From: Azolla caroliniana
Lineage: Eukaryota; Plantae; Polypodiophyta
Direction of reading: 5' to 3'
DNA length: 64,000 bases
Assembly (NCBI GenBank): GCA_043228905.1
Contig: JBHGNT010000011.1
Span: forward strand, 3,968,001-4,032,000
The translations under genes were made by a program, and so were the position numbers. Of the stretch, positions 38,036 to 47,764 are shown one piece after another. Within the stretch, counting starts at the first letter, position 1; the number at the start of each line of letters is the position of its first letter. The notes beneath the pieces are model-generated. The model made no database searches and was not told the DNA's origin. It saw only the letters and a program-made list of their open reading frames with translations.

Positions 38036-38920
38036 TGGAATGGCTGGCAGGCGACGACAACATGTTGTACACGTACTCCAAATATAGAGATGAACCAAAT
38101 GCGGAAGCACATGTGTATGCCTTTTTGCAAACATGGGAAGCCAAGCATGTTTCACAGCCAATCAGAGATCACGGAATTCGGTATGACCTTGGAAGAATCA
38201 ACAACAAGATGACACAAAAAACATTTTCCAGGTAGCTTCGCCACGTTTGAAGCCCTACAGGATAAATTCTTGCGACTGTTTCACCAATAGATGGAGCAAG
38301 GGAGCTCGTCGGCCAATTTTATACAGCATATCAAGAACCCAACGAGATGGTCCCCAAATTCATAATCGGATTTCAAACACTACATAGTCAACTTACAAGG
38401 GCACCTTCAGAGGATGAGGCAAAATCAATCTTTCTGGCCGTGCTTTGGGAGCCACTCCAGACAATGCTCTCTGTGTTGGACTTCCAGACCAACACCATTG
38501 ATCAAGTTATCGACCGAGTGTTAGAAATTGATAGGGCCCAAAACAGTAACTACATGGCAATGGGAGCTCTACAACGAGCATTGCCTAGAGAAGAAGACTT
38601 ATAGTTTCAGCAGGCAGTCCAATGCACAACATGCCTCAACCCCGACCACTCCAAATTGGAATGCACAATACAGACTCAGTGCATGTTGTGTCAGTCCCGA
38701 TCACACCCCATGGACCGGTGTGAGTACAATCTATTAAATTGGCAAGCGGCACCGGTCTGACATATTCACTCCCGGGGTGAGCAACGACCGAACGAGGAAA
38801 GGTTCCGGAGAGACGATTGTGACCGCCTAGAACGCAGTTACCAATATTATGATAGACGGAGAGAGGACTATGACAAGGATTGCTATGATAGAAGGTACCC
38901 GGAATGGCGAGCGTACCCAA
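38036..38920 (+). mobile_element. Degenerate gag of an outer non-chromovirus Ty3 element
   Basis: Retrotransposon gag-like AEAHVYAFLQTWE and two CCHC knuckles (CTTCLNPDHSKLEC, CMLCQSRSHPMDRC); same orientation as the pol at 61820-63552. Confidence 0.65.
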
Positions 38921-39096
38921 TTAGGGTTTGCCTTACGGCTTTGCAAGGAGTGCGGGTCGGTATACCGCTCGAATACGGAGCGTGTCCACTCTTGATAGCA
39001 ATGGGCTCCCCCGAACCCATTACTATCGTAGATGTAACCAGGACTTCCCGAGAGGTCACCCATCCCAGTACTGTTCTAGCTCAAGCACGCTTAACT
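38921..39096 (-). ncRNA. Putative 5S-rRNA-headed structured small RNA (5S internal promoter plus three hairpins, ending AAACCCUAA)
   Basis: 39096-39031 reads AGTTAAGCGTGCTTGAGCTAGAACAGTACTGGGATGGGTGACCTCTCGGGAAGTCCTGGTTACATC, matching the 3' half of plant 5S rRNA (box A, IE, box C); 15-bp stem 38994-39027 pairs fully only on the minus strand. Confidence 0.7.
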
Positions 39097-39241
39097 TGCA
39101 ATGCTTGAAGCAATAGCTCTATCATTCACTTATAAGGAAGCCTTTAGAACGGCTGCAATGCAAACAAGAGATAAAGCACAATTAATAAACGACAACAGTT
39201 AGAGCACAAGCAAGCACCATATTAGAGAGATAGACCTAGAT

Positions 39242-39865
39242 ATGGAGTCTGAAGATGATAGTGAAAAGGTAATAGATAGTTTTGAGAAAGCACAATATGA
39301 CAAATTTCAGTTTACATCTCATCACAATAACCTTAACTTGAGAACAAACCCTAACTCTACCTCTAACTCTAACCCTAACCCTAACTCGAAAAAAAACCCT
39401 AACCCTAACTCAAGAACAAACCCTAACCCCAACCCTAACTCTAGAATAAACCCTAACCCTAACCCTAACTCGAGAATAAACCCTAACCCTAATTTCAAAA
39501 CAAACCCTAACCCTAACTTGAGAACCAACCCCAACCCTAACCCTTGGCCTCGAACAACAAACCTGAATCCTCCTCCACCACAAACTAAGCGTGGATCATC
39601 CAACCACCACAACCATCCTCAATTCATCTGCAACATAAATAATAATGAAGTTAGCATGAACCCTTATCCTAACAACCTCAATCATAGAAACCCAAAAGTA
39701 TTATTCTATAGACCCAATGGCCTTTCGAGAGGCCCGGACACAAACTCAACCCACCTCCACCATAACACAAGGATAACACCAACATTCCCGAACTCCAACT
39801 TCACCACATATGTTTCCCCTTATACAGGTCCATTGCATCATCCACCACAGGATCTCCATCATTGA
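39242..39865 (+). CDS. Putative PLE ORF1 N-terminal part, Asn/Pro-rich, partly encoded by AACCCT repeats; probably continued at 54011-54780
   Basis: 207-aa ORF; similar composition continues after the LTR insertion; no recognisable domain. Confidence 0.4.
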   Translation: MESEDDSEKVIDSFEKAQYDKFQFTSHHNNLNLRTNPNSTSNSNPNPNSKKNPNPNSRTNPNPNPNSRINPNPNPNSRINPNPNFKTNPNPNLRTNPNPNPWPRTTNLNPPPPQTKRGSSNHHNHPQFICNINNNEVSMNPYPNNLNHRNPKVLFYRPNGLSRGPDTNSTHLHHNTRITPTFPNSNFTTYVSPYTGPLHHPPQDLHH

Positions 39866-42800
39866 CCATCAAAACTTTTTGGTGGTGGCGGCGGCAACGG
39901 CTACGGCAACGGCGGCGGTGGCGACATCAACCACCATACGCTAGCTTGGCCACACAATGTCAGGAGTAGTACTAAAGCAGAGATGGAATTAGTACTAAGA
40001 AGAGCAGTACTATTAGTACTAAGAGGATGGGATGCGTAAGATTCCCGAGAGAGGAAGTGAGAAGAGGAGAGAGAGAGAGAAAGATGATGACAACAACTAA
40101 TATAATATGTGAAAAGATAAGTACAAGCGGCTAAGAGGCTTAAGACTGGCGTTGAACCAATTTGGTTCAAAACAATGCCTTGTGCCTCCTTTTATAGTGT
40201 TTTTAGGAATAATCCTGAAGCTTCTAGAATGTTCCAGAGAGATCTGGAATATACATCAATTTTCTATGATAAAGCATAAATGAAAATAATATCCTACAAA
40301 TTACAATTCATAGTCTAATGGTAAGAGCTCGACCCATGTAGCATAAGGTCATGGGTTCGAGTCTTGCCATATCATGACACTATTTCCCCCTTAAAGACGA
40401 CGAGTGGAATGAGTCGGCGCTGATTGCGGACCGGGTTTGTCCCGGATACTTTCGGTGGAAATCAACAAGAAGATCTTGTACGGGTTCCCAAGTACGTTCG
40501 CTCGGACTATAACCGAGCCAATCGACCAAGTAATAAAGTTTGTTGCGAACAAGTTTGGAATCGAGGATGGCAGCAACTTCATACTCAGGGCCGGCGTCCA
40601 ACTCTAGTGGGGGCGGCGGTGGTGTCACACGACTGGGAATGGTGTTTGCTTTATAAGGTTCAAGAAGAGAACAATGGAAAACCGGATGTATCTGAAGCTG
40701 CGGAGGGAGATCAAGGCGGAATGTGACATCATTAATCTTACCCGTAATACGGAAGGGACCGAGTCATTGATAATCCAACTTGTCGCACGGTCGAGTAGTC
40801 TTGATGTGACGACGTAAGAGCCATACTCAATCTCCGATGGCAAAAGAGGAGGGAATCCGATGACGATCCACATAAGTCTTCTGTGTGTGTTGAGCATGGC
40901 GAAGGTGAGTAGAGAGATCCATCTGGATCTTGCGTAGCCTCTCCAAATGATCCTCGGCACGAGGGTTGGTAGGTAGCTCCGGGGTGTCGATCACCGACCA
41001 GCGAGGATGGAAACCGGTATAAGCGAAAAATGGGGAGACCCGAGTCGAGGAGTGAATAGCATTATTATACGCAAACTCCGCAAAGTGGAGAATCTCGGCC
41101 CAATCGTCCTGTTGATAACTCAGGAAACACCGGAGATATTGCTCCAGCGTTTGGTTTGTTCGTTCCGCCTGTCCATCGGTCTGAGGATGGTAGCTGGAGG
41201 AGAGGTTGCAGGAGACCTTGAGCATCTTGAAGAGATGCTGCCAAAATTTCGAGACAAATTGTGGTCCTCGGTCACTGATGATACTGTCTGGGAGGCCATG
41301 ATGCCGAAATACCTCACGCATAACAAGGGCGGCAGTTTCCTCGCTAGTAATGGCTTTAGTACACGGCACAAAATGTGCCATCTTCGTATATCGATCGACG
41401 ACGGTTAGGATAGCATCGAACCCCTTCAAGACCGGCAGATCTGTGATAAAATCAAGACAAATAGACTGCCACGGCTTACTTGGAATCGGTAAGGGTTCCA
41501 ACAAGCCATATGGATGGTGTTGTGGCATCTTTGCTCAGCAGCAAGCATCACAGGTCCAAACGTAGTCGTCGACAAAATGGCGCATGTGGGGCCACCAAAA
41601 AGATCGTTGCACTAGCTCCAACGTCTTAGTACTACCGAAATGTCCCGCCGTATGGGTGTCGTGACAATGCTGGACGATTTGAAGGCGATAGGAGCAATCG
41701 GGGACATATACGCGCTTTTTAAAGAATAACAAACCATCATGATATTCGAATTGTCGGTAGTCAATACCTGGTTGTTGAGACTGAGAACAGGATGCCCGAG
41801 AAGTATCAATGTGCAACAGGATGTCTTGAGCAAAACTATCCGTCTTCAAGGTTGCACGTATGTCATCGGTAATCTGTGAATCCATCGGGGTGTGAAAAAT
41901 CCACGTCATGTGCAATCGTGTTGGTCCCAAGATTACTTGCTTTTGATTATCAAATGTTGCATCACCAGGACAAGGTGCAAGATATGAACGTCGTGATAGT
42001 GCATCTGCTTTTCCTTGCTGCTTCCCCGGTCGATATGTGATTTTGAAGTCGAAACGCGTGAGGAATTGCGCCCACCGAACTTGCCGTCGATTTAGTACGC
42101 GAGTGTTCTGAAAATAAGCAAGATTTTTATGATCGCTAAAGACAATGACCTGATGTGGAGAGCCCTCTAAGAAATGCCGCCATTGCACAAATGAATCCAC
42201 GATGGTTAATAACTCCTTGTCATGTATTTCGTAGTTGATTTCTGCGACATCGAATTTGCGCGAATGGAAAGCCACCGGATGCAACTCTTCTTTATCTCCT
42301 TGTTGAGAAAGGATGCTACCGAGGGCGAAATCTGATGCGTCGGCCTCCATGATGAATGGTTTGCTTGTATCCACATGAGCTAGAATCGGTGCTAATGTAA
42401 AGGCTTTCATAAGATGCCGAAAAGCCATATCTGCTTCGATGGACCAAAGAAATGCTTGGCCCTTCTTCATAAGTTGTGTGAGAGGTAAAATAATCTTCGA
42501 GTAATCCTGTATAAACTTACGGTAGAAGTTAGCAAAACCTAGAAAACATTGTACATCTCGTACCGACCGTGGAATTTGCCACTCTAGTACAGTTTGGATT
42601 TTAGCTAGATCCATGGCGATGCCCTTTGAGGAGATGATGTAGCCTAGAAATTCCACTTGCTTGCAGTCAAAGCTACATTTTTCTAGCTTGGCATAAAGAC
42701 CATTCTCGCGGAGTCGCGTTAGTACTAATAGTACATGAGAATCGTGCTCTTCCTGGGTCTTCAAATAAATCAATAGATCATCCAGATAGATGATCAAACA

Positions 42801-43499
42801 GATATCCAAGAGGTCTCTCAATATATCATTTGCCATGTGTTGGAAGACTGCGGGTGCATTGGTTAGGCCGAACGGCATAACAGTATACTCGAAATGCCCA
42901 TACCGCTGTCGCGAAAATACGACGAGGATACGCGAACTTTGAGGCAGGACCCCGGGGCCTCCGACCAGAAGATATCGGATTCGTAAGATTATATTAAACA
43001 ATTAATGCCAAATGATAAAGATTCACAAATTTCATTAATAAAGGGAAAAGAAATTACAATATGTCCCAAGATTGGGATTTAGAAGTTTTAGGTTTACTAA
43101 GATTAATAGAAAAGAAAAATTAGGGGTTTTGGTAGATATGGCTTTCGTAGGGAAGATTAGGATTCGGTTCTATGAGTATTATGGCTTCCTAAGATAAGGG
43201 AGTTGAGAAGAAAAAAAATATAATATGGAGAGTCTATTCTAGTGTAGGAAAAAAAAATGGAATAAAAATGGAGTTCTCTCTTGATCATAGCCTTTTCACT
43301 TTTTGTTGCATGGCCTCTATTTTTAGTTGCCTAGCTTTTTCTTTTGGTTGCATGTGATTGTCCACATGACCTTTACTTTTTCCATGCACTCCCTTCTTTA
43401 GTTGCTTGCGTCCACATGGCCTTTACATTAGTTCTCTTCACTTTACTTTAGTTTGTTGCATGACCCAATCTTTCGTCCGTCCGCGTCCAACATCGTCCG

Positions 43500-43930
43500 G
43501 TAGCCGGTTCCATTTTGCTTGCCGGTCGGTTCCGGTTCCGATTTTGCTTGCAGACCGATTCCGGTTTGCTTGCCGGTTTCGGTTTCGGTTTTGCTTGCCG
43601 GCCGGTTTCCGGTTTTGCTTGCCGGCCGGTTCCGGTTTGCTTGCCAACCGGTTCCGATTCCGGTTTGCTTGCCGGTTCCGGTTTGCTTGCCGGTTCCGGT
43701 TCCAGTTTTGCTTGCCGGTTCCGGTTCCGGTTTTGCTTGCCGGCCGGTTCCGGTTTGCTTGCCGACCGGTTCCGATTCCGGTTTGCTTGCCGGTTTCAGT
43801 TCCAGTTTTGCTTGCCGACCGGTTGCGGTTTGCTTGCCGGTTCCAGTTCCGGTTTGCTTGCCAATTCCGGTTCCGGTTTTGCTTACCAGCCCGTTTCCGG
43901 ATTTGCTTACCGGACCCGTTTCCGGTTTTA
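43500..43930. repeat. CCGGTT / CCGGTTTGCTTG tandem array inside the LTR (second copy about 50582-51012)
   Basis: Direct reading. Confidence 0.95.
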
Positions 43931-44308
43931 GGGATTTTGGCCACCATCATCCATCAAGACAAAGTGGCCAAAGTTCTCTCAGCACAAATGAAAAATGAGG
44001 GAGCTCAAGGTGTTTATATAGCCAGGGCCTTAACTTTCCTATCTATGTGGGATAGTTCTAATATCTCTATTTAATCAAACTTCATTTTCCCATAACTTGA
44101 TATGTATTTCTCCATTTTGTATATAGTAAAATACATTTTGAAGCTCTTGAGTATATCCATCTTTCTATAGTAAGCTACCAATCTAATCTATAATAATTAT
44201 TTCATTATTTTTTTACATAGTGTGTGAAGATTCACACGACATTCGCCCCCACCAAACCTGCACATCCACCGGTATGTGCCAATTTTGGTGAGGATTCATT
44301 TTTGTTTA

Positions 44309-47300
44309 CTATACTTTTTCATCGATGCTTAAGACTGAATCGTCAAAAGCTTCGAATCCAATTTCTATTCTTTCTCTTCTCTTGAAGATCTTGATTCTTT
44401 TACCGGCAATTGGCAAGGCAAGTGGTGTACCATCTAGTTCTACTAAATGATATGTTGCATTATCTTCCACTTTCTTCACCACATATGGCCCAAACCATCG
44501 TTGTGAGAATTTTCGAGCCGTACTATGTTGGTTATCTAGGCTACTGTCATAGACTAGCACCCAATCTCCTTCAACGATTTTCCTCGGCCGAAGTCGATGT
44601 CGTTTATCGAAGTCTTTCTTGTTCTTTAGCCTTGCATTCTTTAGTCGCGCTTTAGCCACCTCTACATCTTCCAAATTCCGCTCTAATTGTCGAATCCTCA
44701 ATGCTAGAAGATCTTCTCTACTTATCTCATCTTGCCATGGCAATGCAAACCATGAAATAATACTTTGTTCTACCGGCATTATTGGCTTTTGTCCGAATAT
44801 GAGCTCTGCCGGCATGTATCCCGTCACCGTGCTATGAGTAGTCCTGTCAGCCCATAATGCAAATGGCAATAGACGTGGCCATTCTCCTATTTTCCCATGG
44901 CAAGCTTTCACTAGAGCCTTCACAATCGGTCCATGTCCACGCTCCACCTTCCCATTTGCTTCCGGATTATACGCCATGGTAAGAGATAATTTGATTCCCA
45001 TCCTCGAGAAGAATTCTCTAGCTTCATTGGCGTCCAACTCGCCTCTATCAGCCACTATCTTGCCGACGCATCCATATCTGCAAATAACATCTTCAAGAAG
45101 GAATCGGCATACCGATGATGTCTCCTTAGTTCTTAATGCTCGCCCTTCAACTTGATTAGTAAGATCCTCTCTCGCGAGCACAAGATACTTCATCTGCCAT
45201 CGTCCCATTGGCATCATTACTATGTCCACCATCCACTTGTAATGCATAGCCAACGGGTAAGTCGGATGAAGTCCATCTCGATGGCGAATATTCGAAAACA
45301 TTTGACATTCCTTACATGTTTCCACATAAGCTGCTACATCTTTGTAGATGCCCGGCCACCAATATTTCTCCTTAAGCTTCGCAAACGTAGCCCATATTCC
45401 TCGATGGCCTGCAAAAACACTATCATGGAATTCGGACATTAGTTTTTGTTGGTCTTCTAGCTTGCAGACAACTCTCATCGGAGTCCCATTCTTCTTTTTT
45501 GCATGCTTCCAAAGAGCTCCATCCTTAAGGAAATACTTGTATGCTTTCTTCCGAATTCGATGGAAGTCTTCCGTCGACCATGATTCATCTTTTTGGAGAG
45601 AACTCAAGTATTTCCCGATCTCCACGAATTCGCCTTCGTAGTCCTCTTCTATGAAAGTAATCAACACCCGAGCATAGGAACTTGCAAAGAAATCCAGGCC
45701 AACATCATCTTCATCAGAATGTCGATCTTCTTCTCCATCGTATCTCGCTCGTGATAGCATGTCTGCAACGACATTACGCTTCCCAGCTACATGACGGATC
45801 TCCGGGTTGAGTGATTTGATATATGCAATCCAACGCAACATGGCAATATCCGGTGTATTGCAACCAGATATCATACCCAAAATTGGTAGGCAATCTGTCT
45901 CAATTATGACTTCTGCTCCAATAAGGTAATCACGATCAGATTTGATTGCCGAGACGATCCCCCATAGCTCCCTCTTCACTTGGGCATACCTTCTTTGCCT
46001 GTCACTTAACACTTTCGCGCCAAACCGAATTGCATATCGGTTGCAATCTTCATCTTCTTGATTGATAACCCATCCAATTCCGATTGGACTAGTATCCACA
46101 GTCACGAAAATGGGCTTGCCGTATGAATAGTCCGCTTTCCGTAATGCAGGTGCCTCCATCAAAATTTTCTTCAACCTTCGGATGGCGATTGTATGCTCGC
46201 TCGTCCATTCGAACATCCGCTTCTTCTTTAGTAGACCATATAATGGCTCCGCAATGTGGGCGTAGTGTGGAATCCAAATATGATAAAACGCGCATGCTCC
46301 AAGGAACCTTCGAACCTCCGTTTGGGTTACACATTCTTCTTTCATGTCTTGAATTGCATTCACCTTGGATGGTGAAGGCTTCCGACCGTATGCTCCACAC
46401 AAGTGACCTACCACCAAGATCTCTGGTTGCCCGAATGCGGATTTTTCTCCCGAAAATGTCAAATTCGCATCTTTGAGCCTTTGGAGCACCTTCTCGCAAT
46501 CTTTCATATGATCGATGACGAACTTTCTACATCCATCCTTATCTTTTGATTCATCCTTCTCTTCATCCGAACATCCTTTTATCGGAATATCATCTAAGAA
46601 TGGCATCGTGATATCCGGGATGCAATCCTTCAAGACCTTGTTCATGGCATTCACCATATGAGCCACCGAGTTCGTTGCGCCTTGAGGTAAGGTACACATC
46701 CGCACCAACCCGATTGGAGTTCTCATGGTTGTAATGTCACGACTGTCGACCGCCAACTGGAATTGATCGTAGCCAGAGTAAAGATCGCCGATGGAGTAGA
46801 TGGACCGGCCCGCAAACGCCTCGGCAAATTCATCCACACTCGGACCGATTCCAGCATTCCGAATTGTCACCTTGTTGACGGGTTGAAGATCTTGAATGAA
46901 TCGCAACGATCCATTCTTCTTTGGCACCGTGAACCACCTATTAGAATAAGGAGCATTCGACGGTTCTAGAATTCCCATTCTCACCTTCTCCTTTAAGAGC
47001 TCGATCAACTTCGGTAGGTGTGCTCTCGGAACCGGTATCGGTTTCAAATTCCAAGGCACATGCGGCACCGTGAAGATCACCATCGGTTCTACCGTCCTTG
47101 GATTAGCACACCCGATTTCTTGTGGAAAAAACGCGAAAGCCTTCCCATGTCTTTCAAGCATTCCACGAAACATCCGCTCCTCTTCAGGGAGGAGGAAATC
47201 CTCCCTTCCAACTCGTAGCTTTCCCTTCGTCTCTTCAGTGAAGACGTGACCAATTGTATTTGGGTTCCTTAAGCTTGGATCTTTTGCAACTTCCTTCATC

Positions 47301-47764
47301 TTTTGCCAGCTATCTTCCGGTAGCGGAACTGCAACTGGCTTGATCTTCCTATCCACGGTTTTATATTTTGTGTTGACTTCGACTTCCTCTATCAAGATTC
47401 CTCGATGATATTCATCGATGATAGTATACATGTTGACGGAGTTAACCGAAATCACATGTCGATGGTGAGGATAGCTCAAATCCACGACTTCCTCGATTTC
47501 GCCGATGGTGTCGTTAAATGAGGCTTCCTCCAGAATATATGACACGAATTCTTCTTCTTCAATTATGCTTTCTTCTTTCAGCACCTCCTCGAAGTCTTGT
47601 ATCTGACACTGTTCCTTCTTGTTGAGTAGTCTAAGTTTGCATGCGCCGCCAGGTGTGACGCATGTTGCTTCTCCTTGCAATCCACGCACTTTGCTTCCTT
47701 GTGGGGACTTATGATTGCTCGGACTATTTGTGCCCCATGCTTCAATAGTCCGCTTTAAAAATCC
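44309..47764 (-). CDS. Pol (RT-RNase H-integrase), probably expressed by -1 frameshift from gag-PR
   Basis: Frame open from GGATTTT at 47764 to the stop at 44309; DLYSGYDQ, LPQG, FLDD, VDTS..KRELWG..ETDC, HRG..CKEC, DRG..E integrase, WFGPY. Confidence 0.93.
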   Translation of the reverse strand, partial: GFLKRTIEAWGTNSPSNHKSPQGSKVRGLQGEATCVTPGGACKLRLLNKKEQCQIQDFEEVLKEESIIEEEEFVSYILEEASFNDTIGEIEEVVDLSYPHHRHVISVNSVNMYTIIDEYHRGILIEEVEVNTKYKTVDRKIKPVAVPLPEDSWQKMKEVAKDPSLRNPNTIGHVFTEETKGKLRVGREDFLLPEEERMFRGMLERHGKAFAFFPQEIGCANPRTVEPMVIFTVPHVPWNLKPIPVPRAHLPKLIELLKEKVRMGILEPSNAPYSNRWFTVPKKNGSLRFIQDLQPVNKVTIRNAGIGPSVDEFAEAFAGRSIYSIGDLYSGYDQFQLAVDSRDITTMRTPIGLVRMCTLPQGATNSVAHMVNAMNKVLKDCIPDITMPFLDDIPIKGCSDEEKDESKDKDGCRKFVIDHMKDCEKVLQRLKDANLTFSGEKSAFGQPEILVVGHLCGAYGRKPSPSKVNAIQDMKEECVTQTEVRRFLGACAFYHIWIPHYAHIAEPLYGLLKKKRMFEWTSEHTIAIRRLKKILMEAPALRKADYSYGKPIFVTVDTSPIGIGWVINQEDEDCNRYAIRFGAKVLSDRQRRYAQVKRELWGIVSAIKSDRDYLIGAEVIIETDCLPILGMISGCNTPDIAMLRWIAYIKSLNPEIRHVAGKRNVVADMLSRARYDGEEDRHSDEDDVGLDFFASSYARVLITFIEEDYEGEFVEIGKYLSSLQKDESWSTEDFHRIRKKAYKYFLKDGALWKHAKKKNGTPMRVVCKLEDQQKLMSEFHDSVFAGHRGIWATFAKLKEKYWWPGIYKDVAAYVETCKECQMFSNIRHRDGLHPTYPLAMHYKWMVDIVMMPMGRWQMKYLVLAREDLTNQVEGRALRTKETSSVCRFLLEDVICRYGCVGKIVADRGELDANEAREFFSRMGIKLSLTMAYNPEANGKVERGHGPIVKALVKACHGKIGEWPRLLPFALWADRTTHSTVTGYMPAELIFGQKPIMPVEQSIISWFALPWQDEISREDLLALRIRQLERNLEDVEVAKARLKNARLKNKKDFDKRHRLRPRKIVEGDWVLVYDSSLDNQHSTARKFSQRWFGPYVVKKVEDNATYHLVELDGTPLALPIAGKRIKIFKRRERIEIGFEAFDDSVLSIDEKV

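Noticed and set aside
39031-39096. Functional 5S rRNA gene
   Set aside because: Only the 3' half matches; the first 50 or so nucleotides and the T-rich terminator are absent, and there is no tandem array
40305-40375. tRNA gene
   Set aside because: A and B boxes are present but there is no acceptor stem or anticodon arm; it is part of an LTR
43406-44074. Several 140-220-aa ORFs (duplicated at 50488-51156)
   Set aside because: By-products of the stop-free CCGGTT array inside the LTRs
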